A stretch of DNA of 64,000 nt from an uncultured Bdellovibrionales bacterium (GCA_964500125.1 CAZCMV010000004.1:7010-71009); one strand, 5' to 3'; positions 1 through 11,443 are shown, numbered from the stretch's first letter. Numbers and translations: made by a program. Notes: generated from the letters alone by a model not told the origin.

Positions 1-206
<206 letters not shown>

Positions 207-217
207 ATTTTACCACA

Positions 218-246
218 TTGACAATCTCTTTTCAATCATTTATCAT
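218..246 (+). promoter_or_regulatory. Sigma70-type promoter of tRNA-Leu
   Basis: TTGACA-17 nt-TATCAT about 45 nt upstream of the tRNA. Confidence 0.75.
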
Positions 247-291
247 ACAGAGGTAAAAAGGCTCAAAAAAGCCTAAAATAAAAGAAGATAC

Positions 292-375
292 GCCGCGGTG
301 GCGGAATTGGTAGACGCACTGGACTCAAAATCCAGCGATAGCAATATCATGAGAGTTCGAGTCTCTCTCGCGGTA
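292..375 (+). tRNA. tRNA-Leu(CAA), CCA not encoded
   Basis: Acceptor GCCGCGG/TCGCGGT, D-loop AATTGGTAGAC, anticodon arm CTGGA-CTCAAAA-TCCAG, long variable arm, T-loop GTTCGAG. Confidence 0.96.
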
Positions 376-379
376 CTTA

Positions 380-419
380 AATCAAAAAGTCAGCTATTTA
401 TAGTTGACTTTTTGATTTT
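380..419 (+). terminator. Hairpin terminator after tRNA
   Basis: aaatcaaaaagtcagcta-ttta-tagttgactttttgattt inverted repeat with T-rich 3' arm. Confidence 0.75.
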
Positions 420-539
420 ATCACCATGCAGACTCGAACCAGGAAAAGGGTCGGGAAAAACTAGGTTTTCCTGTGAAGGAAAGAATTGAAAACCGTGGGT
501 TTTCAAAGAGCTCCGACTATAAATCGGAGCAAGTGAGAT

Positions 540-555
540 GTCTCTCCCGCGGTAC
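540..555 (+). repeat. Direct repeat of tRNA-Leu 3' end (att-like)
   Basis: gtctctcccgcggtac vs gtctctctcgcggtac at 361-376 (15/16). Confidence 0.8.
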
Positions 556-634
556 AAAAGATAAGCAATTTCACTTTTTTATATAGTGAGGTTTTTTTTA
601 TTTACTATATTTTATTCGTAATTTAAAATTAGCA

Positions 635-1870
635 TCACATTAAATAAAAAAACGCGGTGGACAGTTGTCCAACGCGTCTTATTTTAATTCTGTCCCCGCC
701 GACGTTTCCCTTATAGTCGACAAAAGGGGATTTCTGGAGGTTCCGAGTGAACCGTACCCAAGCAACGCTGTGCACGGTTATTTCCGCTCCCTTACCAATG
801 TGTTGCCACGGACCATCCCCAATCATGATGATCAGGGAAGCGAAGGGAGCCGAAGGGACAAATAGCTCCGACTGCGTGCTAACCTCCTTTCCTATCACGC
901 CTTCCGGACCGATGTGCACCCTTTTTCCCCCAGGATTTTGGTACTTGAAGTCGCTGCCAGTAGCAACGACTTCATATTTTCCCGGTTCAAGGGTTGTTCC
1001 TGGATCCTCTCCATAGAGATATGACCCTTGAATTTTAATCGGCCTCGGCGGGTCGTTTTTTTGCAACTCCCCCGCCTTCCTATCCAGCTCTATTTTCCGC
1101 TGGATATCAGCCGCCCTATCATGGGAGGTTTTAGCATCCCTCCAATCCCATCTTATTTTTCTCGATGGGACATAACCGGTGTTCCCCTTAATGAAATCAC
1201 CGATTTCGTTGGGAATCATTACCCGGACTAAGCCCTCAGAATCAGGCTGCGCCGGTACTCCTCTGAGATCCAATGCGCGAACCAATGTTCCTTGAGAAAG
1301 CTTTCGGAAAGGATTACCATTTTGGTTATATACCCAAGTTTCCTCGGGCAAAAAACCCAATATCTCGGATTCAGCTTCCGATTGCAGAGATCTCTTGTCG
1401 AGGCTGTTGGCCACAGTTTGTTTTCCATCTTTATGCCAACGATCGAAACTGCTTTTTACAGCAGGCGACCAAATTCCAACAAGCAGGAAAATTACAGCAA
1501 TTGCCAGGATTGGAGAAAAAACATACCTCACAACCTTAATGACCGGACCAAGAATCCAGACCCTGCTCGCGATTGGTGGCATAATGAAAGCCAAGAACCA
1601 AATCGGAAACAGGACGAGAATAGCAATGGAGCATCCGATAGCATGAGCATAAGCACCCAATCCTATTATAAGAACAGCTAATATCAACCAACCCAAGAAA
1701 AATACGCCAACGGCAATAAGAATGACGTTTCCTATTGCAGGCCAAACTGTTCTGAATGTGCCTGCAGCCAAATATGCGCTACCCGCTATAATATTAGCGA
1801 TTTCCGCGCGAAAATATACGGCCACAGCTACCAATACTGCAATTATTACTAGAAGTAACAATCCACTCAT
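635..1870 (-). CDS. Multi-pass membrane protein with C-terminal SH3-like and PA-IL/LecA-like lectin regions (tentative)
   Basis: 411-aa ORF, hydrophobic N-terminal third, SD GGAGG; ...GYVPSRKI and GPEG...PSAPFASLIIMIGDG...DYKGNVGG motifs. Confidence 0.6.
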   Translation of the reverse strand: MSGLLLLVIIAVLVAVAVYFRAEIANIIAGSAYLAAGTFRTVWPAIGNVILIAVGVFFLGWLILAVLIIGLGAYAHAIGCSIAILVLFPIWFLAFIMPPIASRVWILGPVIKVVRYVFSPILAIAVIFLLVGIWSPAVKSSFDRWHKDGKQTVANSLDKRSLQSEAESEILGFLPEETWVYNQNGNPFRKLSQGTLVRALDLRGVPAQPDSEGLVRVMIPNEIGDFIKGNTGYVPSRKIRWDWRDAKTSHDRAADIQRKIELDRKAGELQKNDPPRPIKIQGSYLYGEDPGTTLEPGKYEVVATGSDFKYQNPGGKRVHIGPEGVIGKEVSTQSELFVPSAPFASLIIMIGDGPWQHIGKGAEITVHSVAWVRFTRNLQKSPFVDYKGNVGGDRIKIRRVGQLSTAFFYLM

Positions 1871-2604
1871 TTTTTGCCTCCTTTGGATTTTTCGTAGAAA
1901 GCTTTCGCTCTCTCCTTGAATGATTTACAATCATCAGAAAAACTCAAGCGTTCCTCTTTAGCTTGAGAAATTATTCCCTTGATGGTGTCAACAAACTTGC
2001 CTTTCCCATCAGAAAAAATTTCTTTCATTTTTTGAGAGAATTGACTTTCCGCCTTTTTTTCTTTCACTAAAGAAAAAACATTTTTTCCTTGCAGAAAAGC
2101 GACGCGAACCTGAAATGTTTCCTCAGCGTCAGCTCCGGTCTTCCTAAGCAGAGATTCGAGAAAGTTTTTAGCATGACCAATACCCTCCTGAATGCTTTTA
2201 TATGCTTGCTCGATTTTTGGATCAGAGCTGCCTTTAGGCGGGTTGACCGTTTCTTTGATGTCTCGTTCGAACCTCATAACCATCTTTGCTACATAGAGAA
2301 CGAGAGCTTCCGCCTTCTCCTTATCTTCGCGACGAAGACGGGCCTCAAGAGCGTCCATTTCATCTTCCTTTGTCATATCATTCAGGGCATTTACAACTAT
2401 GCCATAAATGATTTCGTCGGAGACATCCTTCTTGGCTTTTTCCAAATCAAAACCAAGAATTTTTTCCACCCTCTCATGGATTTTTTCCGCCCCCTTCTCG
2501 CCAATCTTATCAAAAACCTTCTTGATAATGATTCCAAAAACAGGAATAGCTGTTAATGCCGTAATCCAACGATCGAGTTTCTCCGCAAATGTGGTAATTG
2601 TCAT
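1867..2604 (-). CDS. Hypothetical helical protein (start moved to ATG 2604)
   Basis: ORF 1867-2706; GGAGGTG precedes ATG at 2604; stop overlaps next start. Confidence 0.7.
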   Translation of the reverse strand: MTITTFAEKLDRWITALTAIPVFGIIIKKVFDKIGEKGAEKIHERVEKILGFDLEKAKKDVSDEIIYGIVVNALNDMTKEDEMDALEARLRREDKEKAEALVLYVAKMVMRFERDIKETVNPPKGSSDPKIEQAYKSIQEGIGHAKNFLESLLRKTGADAEETFQVRVAFLQGKNVFSLVKEKKAESQFSQKMKEIFSDGKGKFVDTIKGIISQAKEERLSFSDDCKSFKERAKAFYEKSKGGKK

Positions 2605-2796
2605 AACACACCTCCATATTGATTGAGTTTTCAAAGGACAATTCCTTTGTTTTACAGATTTGCATCTGCAACGGTCTATTTTAGCATAAATTAACCAAAA
2701 AGTCAATAGCAGGGCGGTTTTTGGCTATTTTTAGCGTCAAATTGGCATGAGAAATTTGGAAGCTTCACACATATTACATTAAATACGAATAAGACA

Positions 2797-2930
2797 TGTC
2801 ATTCTGAGCGAGTGCCGAACTTTCCCAGTTCGGCACGAAGTGAAAAATCCCGTAATAAGCATACGAGTTACCCGAGATCCTTCATTGCACTCCTCCGACA
2901 TATGTCGAAGCTCGCTTGCTCAGGATGACA
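2797..2930. repeat. REP/MITE-like palindromic element (TGTCATTCTGAGC...GCTCAGGATGACA)
   Basis: 13-bp terminal inverted repeats with one mismatch, internal hairpin gtgccgaac..gttcggcac; relatives at 8181 and 35507. Confidence 0.85.
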
Positions 2931-2989
2931 AATACAAAAAGAGCAGGCTCATCGCCCGCTCTTTATAAAATGCTCTTGTGTTCTTTACA

Positions 2990-3025
2990 TCAATTCATAT
3001 ATTCGTATCAATTCGTATTTCGTAG
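2990..3025. repeat. ATTCGTA-family tandem repeat arm
   Basis: caattcatatattcgtatcaattcgtatttcgtag next to a stop codon. Confidence 0.55.
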
Positions 3026-3030
3026 GGATT

Positions 3031-4128
3031 TTATTTTTTCACTACCCTTGATCTACCTTTTGAAACCTGTGCAATGGTACGCGTGCGAGAAGAACGTTTT
3101 ACAGGTTCAAGTTCGACAGCATTTAGCTTTTCATTTTGTTGATCTGTTTTTCGTTGTTGTTTCCTCAGTAAAAACGATTTGATGATTGCCCTGATAATCC
3201 AGAAAATAATCAGGAAGAAAAGAATAAGTACAATTAAAACTGGAATCAAGCGCACTACAATCACAATCAGTGCACCAACTAATTTTTGCATATCTTTTAA
3301 CATGCTGGCAAACTCTGTCTTTGCCACTTGCCAAGGCCTCCATGATGTCGCAGTTCCTACAGTAACATCCTCGGAAATATTAGCCGTGATCGTTGACATT
3401 TCAACCTGCGAAGAAAGATATCTCATTTGTCCTTCCATAGCTTCAATTTCTCCTCGCACCCGCGAAATTTCTTGAGTCACCGCAAGAACATCACTAATCT
3501 TTCCACTAGTATTATTCAAAATTTCTTGGAATGATTCCTCTTCAGCTTTCTTGTTACGAAGACGAGCCTCTAAATCAACAAACTGGGCGGTCACATCATT
3601 CGCATTAATAGATTCGCTTTTCACCAAAGTAGCAATCTTTTTTATTTCTGCAAAAGCCACGTCGAAATTATTAAACGGGACTTTCACACTGATTGAACCA
3701 CTTTTCATGTTTTGTGCTCCTTTGCGGAAATTTGTCGATTGCACTTCTCCACCAAGTCTCTTTGCAATATCTGAAATTTCTTGCGCGGCAACATCGGCAT
3801 TTTCAACTTGCGCGGTCATGTATCCATTCTTGATTATCTTCTGCTCGACGGGTGCCACTTCTCCAACAACACTGTTTTGTATTGAAACAGGCACACTTTC
3901 CCTAGAGATTCCTTTTGCAGTATTGGACCTGGTCATATCCATACTTTCCCCTACCGAAGACATCGGAGTGATTTCCATTCCTGCATCAGAAAAAGAACCT
4001 TTCAACCCAAGAATTGTTGCATTTTTATTATAGGTCGCCACACGAAAACCAACTAGAAGTATGACCATCAGCACGATTGCAATGATTGCAATCACCCCAA
4101 TTTTGAGGATTTTTTTGGCAGTTTCCAT
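3031..4128 (-). CDS. DUF4349-like membrane-anchored coiled-coil protein
   Basis: KIIKNG...ISVKVP...DVTAQFVDLEARL...EIEAMEGQMRYL pattern, N- and C-terminal TM; likely start METAKK. Confidence 0.8.
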   Translation of the reverse strand: METAKKILKIGVIAIIAIVLMVILLVGFRVATYNKNATILGLKGSFSDAGMEITPMSSVGESMDMTRSNTAKGISRESVPVSIQNSVVGEVAPVEQKIIKNGYMTAQVENADVAAQEISDIAKRLGGEVQSTNFRKGAQNMKSGSISVKVPFNNFDVAFAEIKKIATLVKSESINANDVTAQFVDLEARLRNKKAEEESFQEILNNTSGKISDVLAVTQEISRVRGEIEAMEGQMRYLSSQVEMSTITANISEDVTVGTATSWRPWQVAKTEFASMLKDMQKLVGALIVIVVRLIPVLIVLILFFLIIFWIIRAIIKSFLLRKQQRKTDQQNEKLNAVELEPVKRSSRTRTIAQVSKGRSRVVKK

Positions 4129-4305
4129 TTTCTTTTTGTTATTTTTTATAAGAAATAGCTTACGCATTTATCCGAAACAAAATAGGATGAACACATAAGT
4201 CTCACAAGAAAAACTCACTGATTAGATTATACAATATTTTATAAAAAAATAAAAGGCGCCATCCGGATTTCCAGACAGCGCCTTATTTCTCCTTTCCATG
4301 AAAAT

Positions 4306-4608
4306 TTATTCTTCTTTTAACACGCCCGCATTGAATCTAAAAAAACGAGCCTTGGAAAATTTTTTCTTAAGACTCCTTTTTTCCCTTTCCCCAACTTTCT
4401 CATCAATCCCACTAACAAAAACAACGTTTTGCGGGGAAAATTTGCTCTCAGTCACAAGTTTTTTTGCTTCCTCCGCATCACTGACACAAATAAATCTGTT
4501 GCAAGAGACCGAATATTTGTCCTTTTTCAATAATTTTCCTATCGCTGCTACAAAAAATTTCATCTCTCCGGGCCAGTAAATAAGGATGGTACTTTTTTCT
4601 TGCTTCAT
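4306..4608 (-). CDS. Small hypothetical protein
   Basis: ORF 4306-4638; AAGGGG before ATG at 4608; hairpin terminator near 4250-4290. Confidence 0.5.
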   Translation of the reverse strand: MKQEKSTILIYWPGEMKFFVAAIGKLLKKDKYSVSCNRFICVSDAEEAKKLVTESKFSPQNVVFVSGIDEKVGEREKRSLKKKFSKARFFRFNAGVLKEE

Positions 4609-4634
4609 CTTTTCCCCTTTTTTTGATGTCACAT

Positions 4635-4892
4635 TCATATTTTTACGAATTTTACATCATTTTTTTCATAGACTTTTTTCATTTCTTCCACCTCTTCGCA
4701 ATAGTCGCTTTTCTTGTGTCCATAAACCACGACAATACCGCATGCATTTCTGAACTTATCAATAGAATAAACTATACCTCCCTTTTCTAAATTTTCACTA
4801 AAAGATAAAACATTTAACCTCAATTGAGCCAATTTTATTTTTACTGCAAGATCGAACTCCTTTTTGAAACATAAAACCAAAACGTTTTTCAC
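4635..4892 (-). CDS. Small hypothetical protein
   Basis: 85-aa ORF, AAGGAG before GTG. Confidence 0.5.
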   Translation of the reverse strand: MKNVLVLCFKKEFDLAVKIKLAQLRLNVLSFSENLEKGGIVYSIDKFRNACGIVVVYGHKKSDYCEEVEEMKKVYEKNDVKFVKI

Positions 4893-5024
4893 TATTCAGT
4901 CTCCTTTTTTTGAGATTCTTTATATTTTATAGCGAGAGCATATATGAATTTTAAAAAACAAGGGCCACGCACAAAATGTACGCAGCTCAAATATAATATA
5001 CAAAAACAAAATTTCAGTCAATAT

Positions 5025-5477
5025 CTACTCGATGGTCATAAATTCGATCTCATCCTTGTTTTCAGTCAATCTTGCATAAACTAACACAACTTCTTTTTCT
5101 TTTTCCGAATATTTTTTATTAATTGCATCTTTGGCTTTTTTGAGTTCCATTTCGTGAAAAGCTTGCTCGGCATCTTTGTCACCATCAAACTTGCCACTGC
5201 CACCATATGCACCACAATCTTCATGATTTACGATCACAACTTTCTTGGCATGATGCAAATCGCAAGGAACACTTATGCAAGACATAGCCAGCTCACCATC
5301 CTTCACGCATTCATTGATAGCTTTTGCGCTACCAGGAAGAGATGGGAAATCAAAGGTTGTCAGTTTCAATTCTTTTTCGATAAACTCAAGCGTTTCCCGC
5401 CAGAAGCGAAAGTCGATACAAGTCAATACAACCGCTTCACAATTATGAATGTTTTTGAATTTAAATGGAATTTTCAT
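5025..5477 (-). CDS. Beta-carbonic-anhydrase-like zinc protein
   Basis: CIDFR and HEDC zinc motifs; start moved to ATG 5477 because the upstream sequence is repeat. Confidence 0.8.
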   Translation of the reverse strand: MKIPFKFKNIHNCEAVVLTCIDFRFWRETLEFIEKELKLTTFDFPSLPGSAKAINECVKDGELAMSCISVPCDLHHAKKVVIVNHEDCGAYGGSGKFDGDKDAEQAFHEMELKKAKDAINKKYSEKEKEVVLVYARLTENKDEIEFMTIE

Positions 5478-5482
5478 ATTGG

Positions 5483-5595
5483 TAAAATCAAAAATCAAAA
5501 TGCAAAAATCAAAATGTCAATGCAAAATGAAAAAATAATAATTCTTTTTGCATTTTAATCTGCCATTTTGCATTTTGAGATTTGCATTTTGCATT
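5483..5595. repeat. Heptamer inverted-arm element (AAAATGC/AAAAATC family)
   Basis: aaaatcaaaaatcaaaatgcaaaaatc ... ttttgcattttgagatttgcattttgcatt. Confidence 0.9.
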
Positions 5596-5610
5596 ATCTC
5601 AAATTATCAA

Positions 5611-6051
5611 CTAATCGATTTTGATATTACGCTTCGTCCTATGTTTTCTCGCTACTCTAATACGTGCAGTTTCTTTTTCAATTGCCGCAGCCACGCGTGC
5701 ATATTCTATGTCGTCCATTGTAACTTTTTCCTTCTTAAGTTCTTCAGCTCGCTTGCGCGCTTCTTCTGCACGGGTAATGTCAATTTCTTCAGCAGACTCA
5801 GCTGTATCAGCCAGCACAACCAAAGCATTGTCGTTAAATTCGATAAATCCACCTGACGTAGCCATTAAAGTTTCCTTACCCTCTATTCTTAGCATTATTT
5901 CGCCAGCCTTAAGCGAAGCAATATAGCTTCGATGATTTGGCAAAATTGTCACTTCTCCATCAGTAACAGGCAGTGTTGCCTGATCGATTTCAGATTCGAA
6001 GACAGTTTTTTCAGGAGTAACTATTTTAAATTTAATTTTAATTGAAGACAT
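5611..6051 (-). CDS. atpC: ATP synthase F1 epsilon
   Basis: IVTPEK...GEVTILPNH...SGGFIE...VLADTAE. Confidence 0.96.
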   Translation of the reverse strand: MSSIKIKFKIVTPEKTVFESEIDQATLPVTDGEVTILPNHRSYIASLKAGEIMLRIEGKETLMATSGGFIEFNDNALVVLADTAESAEEIDITRAEEARKRAEELKKEKVTMDDIEYARVAAAIEKETARIRVARKHRTKRNIKID

Positions 6052-6063
6052 AAATATTGCTTT

Positions 6064-6191
6064 AAAATCCTAATGTCAAAATCCTAATGTCAAAATCCTA
6101 ATTTCCAATAAATGACTCGATGACCAAATTCTATTTTTAGATATTTTGATTTAGTATTTTATTTGATATTAGTCATTAGGATTTAGAATTT
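6064..6191. repeat. Heptamer inverted-arm element (AAATCCT family)
   Basis: aaaatcctaatgtc x2 ... attagtcattaggatttag; near copy at 7625-7737. Confidence 0.92.
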
Positions 6192-6207
6192 GCGAAGTTA
6201 AAAAATC

Positions 6208-7602
<1,395 letters not shown>

Positions 7603-7624
7603 TTACATGATTGATTATGATTTT

Positions 7625-7737
7625 AAAATCCTAATGTCAAAATCCTAATTTCCAATAAATGACCCAACAACCAAATCCCAATTAAGCTATTTTGATTTAG
7701 GATTTTATTTGATATTAGTCATTAGGATTTAGGATTT
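7625..7737. repeat. Heptamer inverted-arm element (AAATCCT family)
   Basis: Shares aaaatcctaatgtcaaaatcctaatttccaataaatgac and tttatttgatattagtcattaggatttag with 6064-6191. Confidence 0.92.
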
Positions 7738-7813
7738 CTTCAAGCTTTTTGTTTCATCCACGATTCAACTAAGCTATAAACAGAATCAGAATCTCGAACA
7801 TACTATAGCGGTC

Positions 7814-7842
7814 TTGACTTTTTTATGATTTGGGTGTATAAT
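7814..7842 (+). promoter_or_regulatory. Consensus sigma70 promoter antisense to atp operon
   Basis: TTGACT-17 nt-TATAAT. Confidence 0.75.
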
Positions 7843-7907
7843 TGACAACTTTCCACGCAGTTCCTTTCATGTCATGTCGACTGGCCCAAAACGCAAAGGA
7901 GAAAATC

Positions 7908-8093
7908 ATGATAAAACCAGAGGTTTTAAACATGATGTATTTCGGACTTGGGATTGCAATAATTATTGTGTTTTCCATGATAGCCCTCCAGAAATTACAA
8001 ACTCTAACGGCATTGGAAATGATACTATACTTTCTGGTCATTTTCTTGGCTGGGTCTCTCCTGTTTAATGGTATTTTATTCTTGGTAAAGTAG
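7908..8093 (+). CDS. Small two-TM membrane protein inside the atp operon, opposite strand
   Basis: AAGGAG then ATG at 7908, 61 aa, two hydrophobic segments, own promoter and terminator. Confidence 0.65.
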   Translation: MIKPEVLNMMYFGLGIAIIIVFSMIALQKLQTLTALEMILYFLVIFLAGSLLFNGILFLVK

Positions 8094-8115
8094 TTTCTTT
8101 GCCAACAAGCGGCAC

Positions 8116-8162
8116 AACGTCCCATTCCGGCAACACTGGAATTGGGGCGTTTTTTATTTTTC
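8116..8162 (+). terminator. Intrinsic terminator
   Basis: aacgtcccattcc...ggaattggggcgtt followed by T-run. Confidence 0.7.
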
Positions 8163-8180
8163 AAAAGAACCTCTTCTCTT

Positions 8181-8255
8181 TGTCATTCCGAACTTGTTTC
8201 GGAATCTAGAGGAGCATGCAACCCTTCGAGATCCTGAAACAAGCTCAGAATGACA
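8181..8255. repeat. REP-like palindromic element (TGTCATTCCG...CAGAATGACA)
   Basis: Terminal tgtcattc/gaatgaca, internal cttgtttc/gaaacaag; same end motif as 2797-2930. Confidence 0.85.
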
Positions 8256-8265
8256 CATTATTATC

Positions 8266-8372
8266 TTTTCATTTTACATTGTCATTTTGCTCCGCCAATT
8301 GGCGGATTGATTTTTGCATTTTGCATTCATAAATTCGAGTCATTCGAGTGCCCATTCGTAAATTAGAGTCGC
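8266..8372. repeat. Composite of TTTTGCA arm, CCGCCAATTGGCGG mini-hairpin and ATTCGAG arm
   Basis: Direct reading; 8333-8372 closely matches ileS-internal 55068-55108. Confidence 0.8.
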
Positions 8373-9329
8373 CTATTCGAGCGCCGCCGATCCTGCACTT
8401 ATCTCCGCAATCTCCTGCGTAATCTTTCCTTGACGAATCTGGTTATACATCAGTGTGAGATCTGCGGACATTTCCGTTGCTGCGTCTGTTGCATTTCTCA
8501 TAGCCATCATGCGCGCGCTTTCTTCAGATGCTTTTGATTCCAAAATCGCATGAAACAATTGCATCTCAATAAGGCGTGGAATAATAAATTCCAAAACTGC
8601 TTCCGGACTTGGCTCAACTTTATATTCAACTTTCGGTTCGTCCAATCCATATTCTTTCGCAAGCACATCCATTTCTGCAATTTGCTTTTCAATATCAACC
8701 TTTGATATCGGCAAAATCTGACGAATTCTGGTTTGCTGAGTTACTGCACTGATATAATCCGTATACACCACCACTACCTTGTCATATTTCTTTGCCAAAT
8801 ATTCATCAATAACCATTTTGGAAACAGGCTTGATATCTGTAATTGAAGCAAACTGCGCGCCATCGGCAAATGCAGCGATTATTTCCTTTTTCATCTTGCG
8901 CACCATCCCTTCGCCTTTCTTACCAATCGTAATAAAATCAATCTTAAGATCCGTTGCGCAAGTCTTGGTCTCAACCTTTTTCTTGCCAATGCGGTTAATC
9001 AGAAGCTTTTTTGGATCAGTAATTTCTTCGCGCAGTTTTTTGAAAATTTGCGTGTTAAATGAGCCGCAAAGTCCCCTATCGGACGCAACCACCACGATAA
9101 GCACACTACACACCGGACGTACTGCCAGTAATCCTTCCTGCGCATTTTCAAACGCGCGTGCAAGATTAGTCAGCACGCTCCAAGCACTGTGAGCATAAGG
9201 GCGCACACCCAAAACGCTCGCCACACTCCGGCGCATCTTAGCAGCTGAAACCATCTCCATTGCTTTGGTGATTTTGCGAGTACTATTTACAGATTTTATT
9301 CGACGACGAATGTCTTTACCTGATGCCAT
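8373..9329 (-). CDS. atpG: ATP synthase F1 gamma
   Basis: KITKAMEMVSAAK, SDRGLCG, ARMMAM, RQGKITQEIAEI. Confidence 0.98.
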   Translation of the reverse strand: MASGKDIRRRIKSVNSTRKITKAMEMVSAAKMRRSVASVLGVRPYAHSAWSVLTNLARAFENAQEGLLAVRPVCSVLIVVVASDRGLCGSFNTQIFKKLREEITDPKKLLINRIGKKKVETKTCATDLKIDFITIGKKGEGMVRKMKKEIIAAFADGAQFASITDIKPVSKMVIDEYLAKKYDKVVVVYTDYISAVTQQTRIRQILPISKVDIEKQIAEMDVLAKEYGLDEPKVEYKVEPSPEAVLEFIIPRLIEMQLFHAILESKASEESARMMAMRNATDAATEMSADLTLMYNQIRQGKITQEIAEISAGSAALE

Positions 9330-9339
9330 AATTTTTTTT

Positions 9340-9450
9340 AAATCCTAAATCTAAAATCTAAATATCAAATAAAATCCTAAGTCTCAAATTCCAATTTGTC
9401 ATTTCGTCACTAGACATTTATTAGGCATTAGTCATTAGGATTTTGGTTTT
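9340..9450. repeat. Heptamer inverted-arm element (AAATCCT family)
   Basis: aaatcctaaatctaaaatctaaat ... cattagtcattaggattttgg. Confidence 0.88.
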
Positions 9451-10951
9451 ATCCCTGATATACTTCTTTAAATTCTTTAATTGCTTTTTCCAATGCAGCA
9501 ATCACTTCATCCGTAAGTGCTTTTTGCTCAGTGATGAGTGTGAGCACATCTTTTGCCTGCGAGTCGAGATACTTATGGAAATCATTTTCCCACTGCTTGA
9601 TTTTTTCTATTTCCACATCATCCATGAAACCATTAGTCAGAGCATAGAGAACTGCTACTTGGTGCTCAACTGCCATCGGTTCATATTGTCCTTGTTTAAG
9701 CACTTCCATCGTGCAACGTCCGCGTTCGATTTGAATGCGCGTCTTTTCATCAAGGTCAGATCCAAATTGTGCAAACGCTTCCAATTCACGGAATTGCGCC
9801 AATTCCAATTTGAGTTTTCCGGCAACTTTTTTCATTGCTTTGATTTGCGCATCTCCTCCCACGCGCGACACGGAAATACCCACATTCAAAGCCGGACGCA
9901 CACCTTTATAGAAAAGATCCGTTTCCAAGAAAATCTGTCCGTCAGTAATCGAAATCACATTGGTCGGAATATATGCCGAAACATCACCAGCTTGCGTTTC
10001 AATGATTGGCAACGCAGTCATCGAACCACCACCAAAATCTTCATTGAGTTTTGCACTGCGTTCCAAAAGACGAGAGTGCAAATAGAACACATCTCCAGGA
10101 TATGCTTCGCGTCCTGGTGGGCGCTTCAAAATCAAGGAAATCTGGCGGTATGCCCAAGCATGACGTGAAAGATCATCGAACACAATCAAAACGTCTTCAC
10201 CTTTATCCATGAAATATTCACCCAGTGCACAACCAGAATAAGGAGCAATATAGGAAAGCGCTGCAGAGTCTGAAGCTCCAGCAACAACAATTGTTGTATA
10301 TTCCATCGCGCCGTTCTTTTCCAGTTCACCCAAAATTCTGGCAATTTTGGATTCTTTCTGTCCAACAGCAACATAGATACATTTCATGTTCTGCCCTTTC
10401 TGGTTGATAATCGTATCGATCGCCACAGCAGTCTTACCCGTCTGACGGTCGCCGATAATCAGTTCGCGCTGTCCGCGACCGATCGGAATCAAAGCATCGA
10501 TAGCCTTAATACCAGTCTGTACCGGCTGATGCACCGATTTACGCGTAATCACACCCGGAGCAATCTTCTCTACTGGATAAAAAGCGTCTGATTTTATATC
10601 ACCCTTACCATCTACTGGTGCTCCAAGCGGATCAATTACACGACCAACCATTCCTTCACCAACTGGAATCGACAAAATCTTTCCTGTAGCCTTAACTTCA
10701 TCACCTTCTTTAATGGAAAGATAATCACCCAAAACCATCGCACCGACACGATCTTCCTCAAGATTGAGCGCCACGCCGATTTGACCGCCTGGAAATTCAA
10801 CCATTTCACTGGCCATAAGATTGCCCAGGCCAGATATTCTGGCTACGCCATCTCCTACCTCAATCACCTTGCCGACTTGCTCGGAAGTTGTTTCAGCCTT
10901 GAAGCCTTCAATCTGTTTTTTCAACTGTTCAATGATGTAGTCTTTGCTCAT
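9449..10951 (-). CDS. atpA: ATP synthase F1 alpha
   Basis: [29 protein letters not shown]. Confidence 0.99.
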   Translation of the reverse strand: MSKDYIIEQLKKQIEGFKAETTSEQVGKVIEVGDGVARISGLGNLMASEMVEFPGGQIGVALNLEEDRVGAMVLGDYLSIKEGDEVKATGKILSIPVGEGMVGRVIDPLGAPVDGKGDIKSDAFYPVEKIAPGVITRKSVHQPVQTGIKAIDALIPIGRGQRELIIGDRQTGKTAVAIDTIINQKGQNMKCIYVAVGQKESKIARILGELEKNGAMEYTTIVVAGASDSAALSYIAPYSGCALGEYFMDKGEDVLIVFDDLSRHAWAYRQISLILKRPPGREAYPGDVFYLHSRLLERSAKLNEDFGGGSMTALPIIETQAGDVSAYIPTNVISITDGQIFLETDLFYKGVRPALNVGISVSRVGGDAQIKAMKKVAGKLKLELAQFRELEAFAQFGSDLDEKTRIQIERGRCTMEVLKQGQYEPMAVEHQVAVLYALTNGFMDDVEIEKIKQWENDFHKYLDSQAKDVLTLITEQKALTDEVIAALEKAIKEFKEVYQG

Positions 10952-10972
10952 ATGAATATATTTATTGCTCGA

Positions 10973-11038
10973 TTAACGTGTTAAAGTGTTAACGAGTTGA
11001 ACCCAACCCGTGAACGCGTTAACTCGTTAATAAGTTAA
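10973..11038. repeat. Octamer inverted-arm element (GTTAACG family)
   Basis: ttaacgtgttaaagtgttaacgagtt ... aacgcgttaactcgttaa; sister at 60213. Confidence 0.85.
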
Positions 11039-11437
11039 CTAAATTAAAACTTTTTTAAGACTATTCAATTTTCCAACCACGCTTCCATCTAAAACCTCAT
11101 CTCCGACTTTGATGATAATTCCGCCTTTGATATCAGTATCAACCGTGTTTTTTATCTCCACTTTCTTGGCATCATATTTCTCCTTGATAAATTTCTCAAC
11201 CTCTCTCAAATCTCTATCTCCCATCTCAAATCTCGTGGTCACGCTCGCCTCAATAATTCCGTGCTTTGCGTTATACAGTTCTGAAAATTTTTCCATAATT
11301 TTGCCGGCATTTTTGAGCTGTCCGTCATTCTTCAAAACCTCGGCAAATTTTTTCACGATATCAGAAATCTCTTCCTGAGATTTATTCTCAGCAAGCTCTA
11401 GCAAGGTTTGTGCGTATTGTGTCGATGTAATTTTCAT
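11039..11437 (-). CDS. atpH: ATP synthase delta (short form)
   Basis: YAQTL...DIKGGIIIKVGDEVLDGS; operon position. Confidence 0.92.
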   Translation of the reverse strand: MKITSTQYAQTLLELAENKSQEEISDIVKKFAEVLKNDGQLKNAGKIMEKFSELYNAKHGIIEASVTTRFEMGDRDLREVEKFIKEKYDAKKVEIKNTVDTDIKGGIIIKVGDEVLDGSVVGKLNSLKKVLI

Positions 11438-11443
11438 TATTTT

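Noticed and set aside
298-489. 63-aa ORF
   Set aside because: Overlaps the tRNA-Leu gene and its terminator
376-5000. Prophage or integrative island at tRNA-Leu
   Set aside because: No integrase or phage genes, and the att-like duplicate encloses only about 165 bp
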